Positions 1-10,530 of a DNA stretch of 64,000 bases are shown one piece after another. A program made the translations under genes and the position numbers. Under the pieces are notes generated by a model that was not told where the DNA came from, searched no databases, and was given only the letters and a program-made list of their open reading frames with translations. Position 1 is the first letter of the stretch, and each line of letters opens with the position of its first letter. Source of the stretch: Candidatus Aenigmatarchaeota archaeon (lineage in GTDB: Archaea; Aenigmatarchaeota; Aenigmatarchaeia; GW2011-AR5); contig JAWCLW010000002.1 of the NCBI GenBank assembly GCA_039091535.1, positions 46,690 to 110,689 on the forward strand, given 5' to 3'.

Positions 1-813
1 GCAGGATTACTAGCAAAAAAATTGTTTCAAGGTTCAAATTTTATGATTAAAGTAATATTTGATAAAATTGATTGTACATTCCCTAATAGAAATCCAGAAC
101 CAGAAGAGGATGACCTGATTGCATTAAAAAATAAAATAAAAGAAGAAAAGGCGGACATGGGCATTGCTTATGATGGTGATGGCGATAGAATGCTTATTTT
201 AGATGAAAAAGGGAGAAAACTTACCCCTGAGCAAACATCTTATCTTATTCTTTTAGAAGCAGTTAAAGAAAAAGGGCCTATTGTTGCAAATGTAGAATGC
301 ACAAAACTTATAGATGATATAGCAAAAAAGTTTAATAAAAATATTATACGCTCTCCAGTAGGTCATACATTTCTTGTAAATGCTACAAAGGTACATAATG
401 CATGTTTTGGCCTTGAAGCATCGGGTCACTATGTTTTGCCATTTTTATTTCCATTTGATGATTCGCTTGCTGTAAGCTTATATGCTGCTTATGTGCTTTC
501 AAATACAAATAAAAAATTATCTGAAATTGCCGATGAAGTAAAACCATATCCATTTGAAAGAATAAACTTTAATGTAGACGATAGAAAGAAATTTAAAATA
601 ATAGAAAAATTGATAGTTCGATTTAAAAAAGAATATAAAAATGTTAATACAATGGACGGTATAAGAATCGATTTTGATAATGGTTTTATCCTAATCCGAG
701 CATCGAACACCTCACCAATTATAAGACTAACAGTTGAAGGAAATACAGAAAAAGATTTCATTGAATTAAAAAATAAATTTATGGAAATAATAAAAAATGA
801 AATAAAGAAATAA
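1..813 (+). CDS. alpha-D-phosphohexomutase (phosphoglucosamine/phosphomannomutase family), C-terminal part; the 5' end lies outside the window
   Basis: The frame is open from base 1. It contains the Mg-binding loop GIAYDGDGDR, the sugar-binding GLEASGH motif and the phosphate-binding RASNTSP loop. Confidence 0.85.
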   Translation, partial: AGLLAKKLFQGSNFMIKVIFDKIDCTFPNRNPEPEEDDLIALKNKIKEEKADMGIAYDGDGDRMLILDEKGRKLTPEQTSYLILLEAVKEKGPIVANVECTKLIDDIAKKFNKNIIRSPVGHTFLVNATKVHNACFGLEASGHYVLPFLFPFDDSLAVSLYAAYVLSNTNKKLSEIADEVKPYPFERINFNVDDRKKFKIIEKLIVRFKKEYKNVNTMDGIRIDFDNGFILIRASNTSPIIRLTVEGNTEKDFIELKNKFMEIIKNEIKK

Positions 814-843
814 ATTTATAATCTTAAGATAATTTAATAATTT

Positions 844-1761
844 ATGACACGAATTGAAATAACATTTCTTGGAACAACTGCAGGTATACCAACAAAACTG
901 AGAAATCATACTGCATTATATTTAAGATATCAAAGTGAAAATGAATTCTGTTATTTGTTTGACTGTGGTGAAGGAACACAGCGTCAGATTTTTTATTCTG
1001 GATTAAATTTCATGCGCATAAATGAAATTTTTATTACACATTGGCATGCTGATCATTTTGCTGGTTTACTAGGTTTATTAGAGACAATGAGTTTAGAAAA
1101 CAGAAAAGAACCTCTTACGATATTTGGGCCAGAGGCAGAAAAATTTGTTGATATAATTCTTGAATTGGGATACTCCACAAAGAATTTCGATGTTATTCCA
1201 AAAAATGTTAATTTTGAAGGTTCAGAGATAGAAAAATTATTAGAAACAAATGAATTCTATATTGCTTCTATTCCTGTAAGGCATAGTATACCGGCTGTTG
1301 GATATGCATTCATTGAGAAAGACAGAATAAAGATAGATAAAGATAAAATAAAAAAATTTGATCTCCCACCAAAAAGTATTATTTATAAAAAAATAAAGGA
1401 AACTGGTGAAGTGATTTTTAAAGGTAAAAGAATAAGACTTGAAGACATATCCATAATAGAAAAAGGTAAAAAAGTTGTATACTCTGGTGATACTATGGTT
1501 TGCAGAAATATCATAAAACTTTCTAAGGATGCAGATTTATTAATTCATGATTCCACTTTTTTTAAAGAAGATATATTTGATAATACTTATAAACACACAA
1601 CATTTGAGGATGTAATAAAAATAGCAAAAGAGGCAAATGTCAAAAATATAATATTAACGCATATCAGCAGACGATATCAGAACTTTGAAGAATTAAAAGA
1701 AAAAATAAAGGATTATTCTAATGTTAGAATTGCAAAAGATTTTATGAAAGTTATAGTTTGA
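844..1761 (+). CDS. rnz: ribonuclease Z (tRNA 3' endonuclease, short form)
   Basis: Metallo-beta-lactamase signature THWHADHFAG, N-terminal ITFLGTTAG, about 305 aa. Confidence 0.85.
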   Translation: MTRIEITFLGTTAGIPTKLRNHTALYLRYQSENEFCYLFDCGEGTQRQIFYSGLNFMRINEIFITHWHADHFAGLLGLLETMSLENRKEPLTIFGPEAEKFVDIILELGYSTKNFDVIPKNVNFEGSEIEKLLETNEFYIASIPVRHSIPAVGYAFIEKDRIKIDKDKIKKFDLPPKSIIYKKIKETGEVIFKGKRIRLEDISIIEKGKKVVYSGDTMVCRNIIKLSKDADLLIHDSTFFKEDIFDNTYKHTTFEDVIKIAKEANVKNIILTHISRRYQNFEELKEKIKDYSNVRIAKDFMKVIV

Positions 1762-2002
1762 TTTTATTTTTTTATTCACAACCTCAAAAATTCCATTTTA
1801 CGATAAATCTTCACTATAGAGGATTAGCAATATACATCTATATAAATTCTTTTTTTTAACTAATTCATTCCTATTATATTTTTCAAAACTTCTTATTAAG
1901 TTTATATGAGAAATAAAATTAAGATTTTTAATGTTTTAATTCATAAACATTAAGAATAACATTAATTTAAACAAAATCATGTTTGTTCGGGATTGAATAT
2001 TT

Positions 2003-4633
2003 ATGCAAAACAAAGAATGGTATAAACTCACTGCAGAAGAGACTATAAAAGAGCTTGGAAGCGATATTTATGGTCTAACCGAGCAAGAGGCTAAGGAAAG
2101 ATTTAAAAAATATGGGCCAAATGAATTAAAGGAAAAAAAGACAAAATCTTATGTTCAAATATTTCTTGAACAATTTAAAAGTTTTCTTATTTTAATTCTT
2201 ATTTTTGCAACTATTATATCTATTTTTCTTGGTGAAATTTTAGATGCTATAGTCATTTTTATTATTATTATTATAAACGCATTTATTGGCTTTTATCAAG
2301 AAAGAAAAGCAAAGAAAGCAATAGAATCATTAAAAAAATTAGCATCACCACAGACTGATGTTATACGTGACAAAAAAATAAAGACAATATTTGCTAGAGA
2401 ACTTGTTCCAGGTGATATAATAATTCTCGAATCCGGAAAGAAAGTTCCAGCTGATGCAAGAATTATAGAATCTATGAATTTACAAGTTGATGAATCTATT
2501 TTAACAGGTGAATCTATACCTGTAGAAAAAGATAATTTAGTATTAAAAAAAAATCTACAAATATCAGACAGAAAGAATATGCTTTTTTCTGGTACAACGG
2601 TAACGTATGGAAGATGCAAAGCAATTGTTGTTAACACTGGTATGAAAACAGAAATAGGAAAAATTGCTGATATGATTCAAGAAAAAGAAAAACCAACAAT
2701 TCTTCAACTCAGATTGGAGAAACTTGGTAAACAGCTTGGTATAATAGTAATTATAATATGCGCATTGATATTCTTTCTCGGATTTTTACATGGAAAAGAA
2801 TTATTTGATACATTTCTTACAGCGGTCGCCTTAGCTGTTGCAGCAATTCCAGAAGGTATGCCAGCAATTGTTACAATAGCATTAGCAATAGGTGTTCAAA
2901 AAATGGCAAAAAGAAACGCAATCATAAGAAGAATACATTCTGTAGAGACATTGGGATGTACAGATGTTATATGTACAGACAAGACAGGTACATTAACTAT
3001 AAACAAAATGACAGCAAGAAAGATATATATAAATGAAAAATTTATAGATGTCACCGGGGAAGGTTACAATATAGAAGGAAAATTCTTATACAATGGTCAT
3101 AAATTTGAAATTGATAATGATACGAGGCTTCTTTTGCATACATGTTTGTTATGTAATGATGCACAGCTACAAGATGAAAGCATTATTGGGGATCCGACTG
3201 AGGTAGCATTAATTGTTGTTGCATTGAAAAGTGTAAGTGATGTTCGAGATAAATATAAACGCATAGATGAAATACCTTTTGATTCTTCGAGAAAGATGAT
3301 GACAACAATAAATGTTGTTAATAATAAAAAAATAGCTTATTCAAAAGGTGCTCCTGAAATACTTTTGGATAAATGTAGTTTTATTCTAAAAAATGGAAAT
3401 GTTAGAAGAATGACAAAAAAAGATAGAGATGAGATTTTAAAGGCAAATAATAAAATGACTAATGATGCTATGCGTGTTCTTGCATTTGCATACAAAGAGC
3501 TGCATGAAAACTATATGAAAGAATGGGTAGAGAAGAATATGATTTTTATAGGATTGATAGGTTGTATGGATCCGCCAAGAAAAGAAGCGAAAGAGTCTAT
3601 AAATCTTTGCAAAAAAGCAGGGATAAATGTTATTATGATAACAGGTGACCATAAGAATACAGCAATAGCAATAGCGAAAGAACTTGGAATTTATGATGAA
3701 AATAAAAAAGTTCTTACAGGTGAAGAGCTAGATAAAATTAGTGATACAGAATTTAATAAAATTGTTGACGATGTTACAATATATGCACGTGTCTCGCCAG
3801 AACATAAACTCAAAATAATTAATGCATTAAAAGCAAAGAAACATATTGTTTCAATGATAGGTGATGGTATTAATGATGCACCAGCATTAAAAAAATCAGA
3901 TATAGCTGTTTCTGTTGGTTCAGGGACAGATGTTGCTAAAGATGTTAGCGATATGATTTTAATGGATAATAACTTTGTTACAATTGTTTCAGCAGTTGAA
4001 GAGGGACGTGGGCTTTATGATAACATAAAAAAGACAATTAACTATCTTTTGGCATGTAATTTTGGTGAAATATTAACGATCTTCACGGCAATCATACTAA
4101 ATCTTCCAACACCACTGTTACCAATACAGATACTTTGGATGAATCTTGTCACGGATGGCTTGCCAGCACTCGCGCTAGGTGTTAATCCACCAGATCCAGA
4201 TATAATGGAGAGAAAACCAAGAATTAGAGACGAAAAAATATTGAATAAACAAACCATTTTATTCATATTATCAGTTGGTATTGTGATGTGCATTGCAACA
4301 ATATTTTTATTTATTCAAGCATTAGATAAAAGTTTTACAAAAGCTAGTACAATTGCATTTACAATGCTTATTTTTACGCAGATGGTTTTTGCATTAATAA
4401 CAAGATCTGAAAGATATTCAATAATTAAACTAGGTATATTCTCGAACAAGAAATTAATAATAGCAATAGCTATTTCAATTATACTTCAATTTATGATAAT
4501 TTATATCCCGTTCTTCAACTCTATATTTGGTACAATACCATTAAATCTATCAGAATTGACAATAATAATTTTCTCAACAATTATAATATTTTTTATATTT
4601 GAGATAATAAAAATAATCAAAAAATTATGGTGA
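2003..4633 (+). CDS. P-type cation-transporting ATPase, type II (Ca2+-ATPase-like)
   Basis: DKTGTLT phosphorylation site, AIPEGMPA (M4), TGDHKNTA, GDGINDAPAL hinge, multiple C-terminal TM helices. Confidence 0.9.
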   Translation: MQNKEWYKLTAEETIKELGSDIYGLTEQEAKERFKKYGPNELKEKKTKSYVQIFLEQFKSFLILILIFATIISIFLGEILDAIVIFIIIIINAFIGFYQERKAKKAIESLKKLASPQTDVIRDKKIKTIFARELVPGDIIILESGKKVPADARIIESMNLQVDESILTGESIPVEKDNLVLKKNLQISDRKNMLFSGTTVTYGRCKAIVVNTGMKTEIGKIADMIQEKEKPTILQLRLEKLGKQLGIIVIIICALIFFLGFLHGKELFDTFLTAVALAVAAIPEGMPAIVTIALAIGVQKMAKRNAIIRRIHSVETLGCTDVICTDKTGTLTINKMTARKIYINEKFIDVTGEGYNIEGKFLYNGHKFEIDNDTRLLLHTCLLCNDAQLQDESIIGDPTEVALIVVALKSVSDVRDKYKRIDEIPFDSSRKMMTTINVVNNKKIAYSKGAPEILLDKCSFILKNGNVRRMTKKDRDEILKANNKMTNDAMRVLAFAYKELHENYMKEWVEKNMIFIGLIGCMDPPRKEAKESINLCKKAGINVIMITGDHKNTAIAIAKELGIYDENKKVLTGEELDKISDTEFNKIVDDVTIYARVSPEHKLKIINALKAKKHIVSMIGDGINDAPALKKSDIAVSVGSGTDVAKDVSDMILMDNNFVTIVSAVEEGRGLYDNIKKTINYLLACNFGEILTIFTAIILNLPTPLLPIQILWMNLVTDGLPALALGVNPPDPDIMERKPRIRDEKILNKQTILFILSVGIVMCIATIFLFIQALDKSFTKASTIAFTMLIFTQMVFALITRSERYSIIKLGIFSNKKLIIAIAISIILQFMIIYIPFFNSIFGTIPLNLSELTIIIFSTIIIFFIFEIIKIIKKLW

Positions 4634-4637
4634 TACA

Positions 4638-5933
4638 ATGAAAAAACATAAACATATAACATTAAAAAGAGAATTGGGTTTGATCGAAACAACAATGTGT
4701 GGTGTAGGAATAATACTTGGTGCTGGTATTTATGCACTGGTTGGCAAGGCAGCTGGTATCGCAGGAAATGCTGTATGGATTTCATTTCTTCTTGGTGCGA
4801 TTGTTGCTGCGCTTACTGGATTAAGCTATGCAGAACTTTCTTCGATGTTTCCAAAAGCAAGCGCAGAATATGAATATATAAGAAAATCTTTTGGAAAAAG
4901 AATAGCATTTATTATTGGCTGGCTTATAATATTTAGTGGTGCAATAGCAGGTGCTACTGTTGCTCTTGGATTTGCTGGATATTTTAATTCATTATTTAGC
5001 ATACCAATAATTCCAATGGCGATTATTCTCATAATTCTATTATCGTTTATTATTTTTTATGGTATAAAGCAATCAGCAGGAGTTGCAATAATATTAACAA
5101 TTATAGAGGCATTAGGACTTTTTATTATAATATATATTGGTTTGCCATTTTTAGGTAAGATAAATTATTTTGATACACCAAAAATAGATGGTATTTTTTC
5201 TGCGTCTGCTTTAATCTTTTTTGCATTCATAGGATTTGAAGAGATTGTTAAATTATCAGAAGAAACAAAAAATCCAAAAAGAACGATACCAAGGGCTCTA
5301 ATACTTTCAATAATAATTACAACAATAATTTATATATTTGTTTCAGTTTCTGCTGTAAGTGTTCTTGGTTGGCAAAGATTAAGCAAATCTTCTGCTCCAT
5401 TAGCTGATGTAGCATCTGTTGCTTTTGGAAGTAATGCTTTTATGATAATCTCTATTGCTGCTTTGTTCTCTACAACAAACACAGTGCTGCTTGTTCTCCT
5501 TGCATCAACAAGGATAACATATGGTATGGCAAAATCGTGTTCACTGCCAAAAAAGCTTTCTTTAATACATAAAAAAAGAAGAACACCATGGACTGCAATT
5601 ATTCTAATAGCATTAATTTCAATATTATTTATTTTTACTGATATAGAAATTGCTGCAAGTGTAACCGATTTTACGATATTTGTTACATTTATTATAATTA
5701 ATGCATCCGTAATAATTCTAAGATACAAAGAACCAAAAACAAGACGAATATTTAAAGTACCGATACACATTGGAAAAATGCCAATACTACCAATATTTGG
5801 TTCAATATTTAGTTTTCTTTTACTGGTAAGCCTTAAATTTGATGCAATATTGTATGGATTGGTTCTTTTGTTTACTGGTTTTATAGTTTATGAGCTGATG
5901 TTATTGAAAAAAGAAAATAATGCAAAGGTATAA
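4638..5933 (+). CDS. amino acid/polyamine (APC superfamily) permease
   Basis: 431 aa and polytopic, with a Gly-rich TM1 (CGVGIILGAGIYALVG) and an FxGFE motif (AFIGFEE) typical of APC transporters. Confidence 0.8.
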   Translation: MKKHKHITLKRELGLIETTMCGVGIILGAGIYALVGKAAGIAGNAVWISFLLGAIVAALTGLSYAELSSMFPKASAEYEYIRKSFGKRIAFIIGWLIIFSGAIAGATVALGFAGYFNSLFSIPIIPMAIILIILLSFIIFYGIKQSAGVAIILTIIEALGLFIIIYIGLPFLGKINYFDTPKIDGIFSASALIFFAFIGFEEIVKLSEETKNPKRTIPRALILSIIITTIIYIFVSVSAVSVLGWQRLSKSSAPLADVASVAFGSNAFMIISIAALFSTTNTVLLVLLASTRITYGMAKSCSLPKKLSLIHKKRRTPWTAIILIALISILFIFTDIEIAASVTDFTIFVTFIIINASVIILRYKEPKTRRIFKVPIHIGKMPILPIFGSIFSFLLLVSLKFDAILYGLVLLFTGFIVYELMLLKKENNAKV

Positions 5934-6003
5934 TATATATTCAAAATAATCATCAATAATTATAGTTAAGAAATATATATACCTAAATAACCAAAAATAA
6001 ATT

Positions 6004-6927
6004 ATGATATTCACATTTATTCTATTGATTATAGGGTTAGTTTTGTTAATAAAATTTAGCGACCTAACCATAAAAAATTGTGTTAAATTTTCAAAGCTCA
6101 TTGGAATAAGTCAGATAGTAATTGGTTTTATTTTTATAGCTGTTGCAACATCTCTTCCAGAGTTAGCGATTGCTATAATGTCGTCCATTCGTGGTGAAGG
6201 TATTTTAAGTTTTGGAAATCTTGTTGGTGCAAATGTATCAAATATAACTCTAATATTTGGTATACTTGCATTATTTGGATTTGCTATAAACAAAAAAGAA
6301 TTTCCTGAAATCGTTGATGCAATAACATTGACAACAATAATAGCATTTTTCTTGTTATTTTTGAATGTAGTTGATGCAGTATTTGGAATATTTAGTCTTA
6401 TACTTTTCTTTGCATTTTCAAATCTTGTTATGAAGAGTGGAATAAAAATTAAAAATTATAGCAAAGGAATAAAGATTATTAAGATTGTGGAATCGATTTC
6501 TCTTATTCTCATATCAATTGCTTTTGTAATAGTTGGTGCACATCTCACAACAGATTCTGCAATAAAGATATCTGAGTTTTTTGGTGTATCAGAAACCATC
6601 ATAGGCGCATCAATACTTTCAATAGGAACTACGCTTCCTGAACTAAGCATCGGGATAGCAGCAATAAGAAAAGGAAATGTAGATTTGGCTGTAGGTGATA
6701 GTATTGGTTCTATTGTTACAAACTTGACATTGATACTTGGTATAGTAGTATTAATTAGACCAATTTCATTTAATTATGTTTCAAATATTTTGCTTATTTC
6801 ACTAATTTTAATTAATATGATATTTCTTATTCTTGCAAGTAGAATGAAATTTGACAAAAAAGAAGGAATAATCTTACTAATAATTTATACAATTTATCTT
6901 TTTATAATTTTTATGCCATTATTTTAA
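6004..6927 (+). CDS. Ca2+/cation antiporter (CaCA family, YrbG/NCX-like)
   Basis: Two alpha-repeats, GNLVGANVSNITLIFG and GDSIGSIVTNLTLILG, in a roughly 10-TM protein. Confidence 0.85.
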   Translation: MIFTFILLIIGLVLLIKFSDLTIKNCVKFSKLIGISQIVIGFIFIAVATSLPELAIAIMSSIRGEGILSFGNLVGANVSNITLIFGILALFGFAINKKEFPEIVDAITLTTIIAFFLLFLNVVDAVFGIFSLILFFAFSNLVMKSGIKIKNYSKGIKIIKIVESISLILISIAFVIVGAHLTTDSAIKISEFFGVSETIIGASILSIGTTLPELSIGIAAIRKGNVDLAVGDSIGSIVTNLTLILGIVVLIRPISFNYVSNILLISLILINMIFLILASRMKFDKKEGIILLIIYTIYLFIIFMPLF

Positions 6928-6952
6928 TAAATATAAAATAAAATAATTATTT

Positions 6953-8818
6953 ATGCTACAATTAAAGAAAACAATAGGTAGAAAAACACTTTTGTTTCTT
7001 ATGCTTAATGCAATACTTGGCACGGGAATATTCTTTTTACCAGCAATAGGTGCGCGATATGCAGGCCCCGCGTCATTGATTTCTTGGATAATTATGTCTC
7101 TTATTGCTATTTTGATTTCTTTATACTTTGCAGAACTTGTTTCTATGTTTCCAAAATCGGGTGGTGTTTATGAATTTATAAGGAAGGCTTATGGTGAATT
7201 TTTATCATTTATTATTGGATGGACAGCATGGATAATAGCAAATATTACAATTGCGATGCTTATTGTAGGTTCATTAGATTATTTATTTGCAAGTTATTCA
7301 TTCTTTTTTAATTTAATTACAGCCATTATAATAATTTTAATGTTCAATTATATAAGTTACAGAGGAATAGACATTTCAACAAAACTTTTACTATTTTTCG
7401 GTATAATTACAATTGCTTCGATATTGATTTTGATAATTCCTGGTTTTATGTATATAAATCCAAAAAATTTTGATCCATTTTTTGTTACATCAATTCCTTC
7501 TATTTTTCTTGCTATATATTTTATAGCAGAAACATTCTTTGGTTGGGAGACGGCAACATATCTTTCTGAAGAGGTAAAGAATGCAAGAAAAGTTATACCA
7601 AAAGTAATGATACAGGCAACTGTTATAATAGCAATAATAAGCATTGCCCTCGTTTTTGTATCACTTGGTGTTGTGAATTGGCATATATTTGGAAAGCAAG
7701 AAGTACCATTATTATATCTTTCAAATATATTGTTTGGTAATGAAATTACAAAATTATTTGCTTTAATTATTTTTATTCCACTAATAGGTACTGCTGCCTC
7801 ATGGATTGTTTCATCACCAAGACTACTTTTTGCAATGTCACGTGATAAGGTTCTTGTTCCAAGATTCAAAAAAATTCATAAAAAATATCAGACTCCATAC
7901 AATGCGATTCTGTTTCAGACAATTGTTACCTGCATTGTTACAGTAGTAGGTCTTGCAAACTTCAAGATATTATTATCGTTGCTTGTACCACTTGTTTTTA
8001 TTTTATATTCATTTATTATGTTTTCATTTCTAAAACTAAGGAAAATAAAATCAAATGTAAAGAGATATTATAAAGCCCCTCTTGGTAGAATTGGACCAAT
8101 TTTCATAATTTTATTTAATGTATTTCTTCTTTTTGTTTGGTTATTCGAAGTTTTGGATGCTATCTTAACGTTATTACTTGTTTTTATTCTTATATTCTTA
8201 GGTACACCATTATACATAATAATAAAACTTCAGACAGATGAAAAATTTATAGAAAAGTTTTTTAATAAAATTTCATTATTATGGGATAAATTGTTCCCGT
8301 TATGGTATGGGATAGAGGAGAGAAAAAAAGTTGTGGATAGACTAAAATTAAAAAATGGAGATAATGTTCTAGATTTTGGTTGTGGTTCTGGTATAACAAC
8401 ATATGAAATAGCAAAAAGAATACCAAATGGTACAATCGTTGCTCTAGATTTGAGTGAAAAACAATTAGAGAAAGCGATAAAGAAAATAAAAAAGTTAGAA
8501 TTGCCAAATGTTATTTTTATAAAAGAGCATCAATTAAAATTTAAGAAATGTTATTTTGATGCGATTTCTGCTGTAGGCGTTCTTGAATATATGGATGATC
8601 CAAAGAAAACGATAAGGAAGCTCATAAAACTTCTAAAAAAAGGTGGAAGATTTTCATTTTTGTCATTTGGTAAAAGTTTTGGGATACCAGCTCCTGAATT
8701 TTTAGAAAATAGAGAGAAAACCAAAAAATTATTTTCCAAACTAAATGTTAATGTTCATATTAAAATAGAAAAAAAGAAATTTACTGAATATTATTATATA
8801 TGGGGTAAGAAAAAATAA
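6953..8818 (+). CDS. fusion protein: N-terminal APC-type permease plus C-terminal class I SAM-dependent methyltransferase domain
   Basis: Residues 1 to about 430 are polytopic with APC-like TM1 (LNAILGTGIFFLPA). Residues from about 440 to 621 carry SAM motif I VLDFGCGSG, post-I ALDLS and a VGVLEYMDDP...LKKGGRF region. Confidence 0.8.
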   Translation: MLQLKKTIGRKTLLFLMLNAILGTGIFFLPAIGARYAGPASLISWIIMSLIAILISLYFAELVSMFPKSGGVYEFIRKAYGEFLSFIIGWTAWIIANITIAMLIVGSLDYLFASYSFFFNLITAIIIILMFNYISYRGIDISTKLLLFFGIITIASILILIIPGFMYINPKNFDPFFVTSIPSIFLAIYFIAETFFGWETATYLSEEVKNARKVIPKVMIQATVIIAIISIALVFVSLGVVNWHIFGKQEVPLLYLSNILFGNEITKLFALIIFIPLIGTAASWIVSSPRLLFAMSRDKVLVPRFKKIHKKYQTPYNAILFQTIVTCIVTVVGLANFKILLSLLVPLVFILYSFIMFSFLKLRKIKSNVKRYYKAPLGRIGPIFIILFNVFLLFVWLFEVLDAILTLLLVFILIFLGTPLYIIIKLQTDEKFIEKFFNKISLLWDKLFPLWYGIEERKKVVDRLKLKNGDNVLDFGCGSGITTYEIAKRIPNGTIVALDLSEKQLEKAIKKIKKLELPNVIFIKEHQLKFKKCYFDAISAVGVLEYMDDPKKTIRKLIKLLKKGGRFSFLSFGKSFGIPAPEFLENREKTKKLFSKLNVNVHIKIEKKKFTEYYYIWGKKK

Positions 8819-9068
8819 ATTATATTAATTTTTTAAGATTGTTTCTATAACTATTATTTTATTTTTATCTTTTCTTTCTTCTATATATTTGGGGTGTAAC
8901 AACTCTCTTATATATTGAATTACATTTCCAAATTTATAACTTACAGAATATCTTAATAAATTATAAATTAAAGATTTTTTTCTTTTGAAGAATTCTTTAG
9001 AATAATTTGTAACATAGAGGTGAGAAAGACTAAAAAATTATAAAAATAAAATTCTATACATATTTAAA

Positions 9069-10217
9069 ATGCATACTACAATAAATAAGTGTGATGCTAT
9101 GACAAAAATGATTGTAACACCATGGGAGGTTAGTGGTGAAATAGATTATAAAAAACTTATAAAGCAATTTGGTACAGAACCGATTACAGATAAATTGCTG
9201 AAAAGAATAGAGAAAATTACTGGCGATCTTCACTTTATGATTCGCAGAAAATTATTTTTCTCACACCGCGATTTGGATTGGATTCTTAATGAATATGAAA
9301 AGGGAAATAAATTTTTCCTTTATACAGGTCGAGGACCTTCTGGTCATACACATCTTGGTCATCTTGTGCCATGGATTTTTACAAAATGGTTACAAGAAAA
9401 ATTTGAGGCAGAATTATATTTTCAAATGACAGATGATGAAAAATTTTTATTTAATGAAAACCTTGAACTAGAAGAGGCTAATAGGTTTTCTTATGAAAAT
9501 GCGTTAGATGTTATAGCATTAGGTTTTGATGAAGAGAAAACATACATATTTTCTGATATAGATTATGCAAAAACACTTTATAGAGAGGCAATTAAAGTTG
9601 CTAAGAAATTAACATTTTCAACAACAAGAGCGGTTTTTGGTTTCAAGAATGAAGACAATGTTGGAAAGATATTCTTTACATCAATGCAGAGTGTTCCTGC
9701 ATTTTTACCATCTATTAAAAAAGGAAAAAATATACCATGCTTGATACCACATGCAATTGATCAAGATCCACATTTTCGAATATCTAGAGATATTTTACCA
9801 AAATTGGGATTTTATAAACCAGCAGCAATTCACTGCATGTTCTTACCAAGTTTGCATGGTCCTGGAAGCAAAATGAGTGCAAGTGACCCATATTCTGCAA
9901 TATTTACAACAGATCCACCAGACCTTGCAAGGAAAAAAATAATGAAGGCGTTTTCTGGTGGTGCAGGAACATTAAAGGAACATAAAGAAAAGGGAGGCAA
10001 CCCAGACATAGATGTTGCATGTCAATATCTTCTATATATGTTTGAAGAGGATGACGATAAAATTAAAGAAATATTTTCTGGTTATAGGAATGGCTCAATA
10101 ACGAGCGGAGAAGTAAAAAATATTCTTGCTGACAAGGTTGAAAAATTTTTGAAAGAACATCAGAAAAAAAGAGAGGAAGCCAAAAAGAAGTTAGATAAAT
10201 TTATTTTGAAGGATTGA
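9069..10217 (+). CDS. trpS: tryptophanyl-tRNA synthetase (archaeal/eukaryal type)
   Basis: Class I motifs GRGPSGHTHLGH and KMSASDP. The true start may be the internal Met at 9099 (MTKMIVTPWEV). Confidence 0.85.
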   Translation: MHTTINKCDAMTKMIVTPWEVSGEIDYKKLIKQFGTEPITDKLLKRIEKITGDLHFMIRRKLFFSHRDLDWILNEYEKGNKFFLYTGRGPSGHTHLGHLVPWIFTKWLQEKFEAELYFQMTDDEKFLFNENLELEEANRFSYENALDVIALGFDEEKTYIFSDIDYAKTLYREAIKVAKKLTFSTTRAVFGFKNEDNVGKIFFTSMQSVPAFLPSIKKGKNIPCLIPHAIDQDPHFRISRDILPKLGFYKPAAIHCMFLPSLHGPGSKMSASDPYSAIFTTDPPDLARKKIMKAFSGGAGTLKEHKEKGGNPDIDVACQYLLYMFEEDDDKIKEIFSGYRNGSITSGEVKNILADKVEKFLKEHQKKREEAKKKLDKFILKD

Positions 10218-10530
10218 AATTTATAGCCTGCAATGTATTGTTCTCTTAAAGGATATCTTTATAAGATAATTGTTTTGTTGCTATTTTGCTTCTTGATATC
10301 CGAATTAAATAATTATCGATACGTATTTATCATATTTGTTCTCTAAGTCTAATATGGCAGTGATGTCTCTTAATTTCTTCATCTCTTGGTTCATTCGGAA
10401 AAATATCCCTATCTAATAAATAAAAAAACATGATAAATTTTTAATATTAATAATGGATTTTGATACAAACCTAAAGACGATATCTTTAAAACAATAGATA
10501 ATTTAATAATCAATATAAATTTATAGTGAG

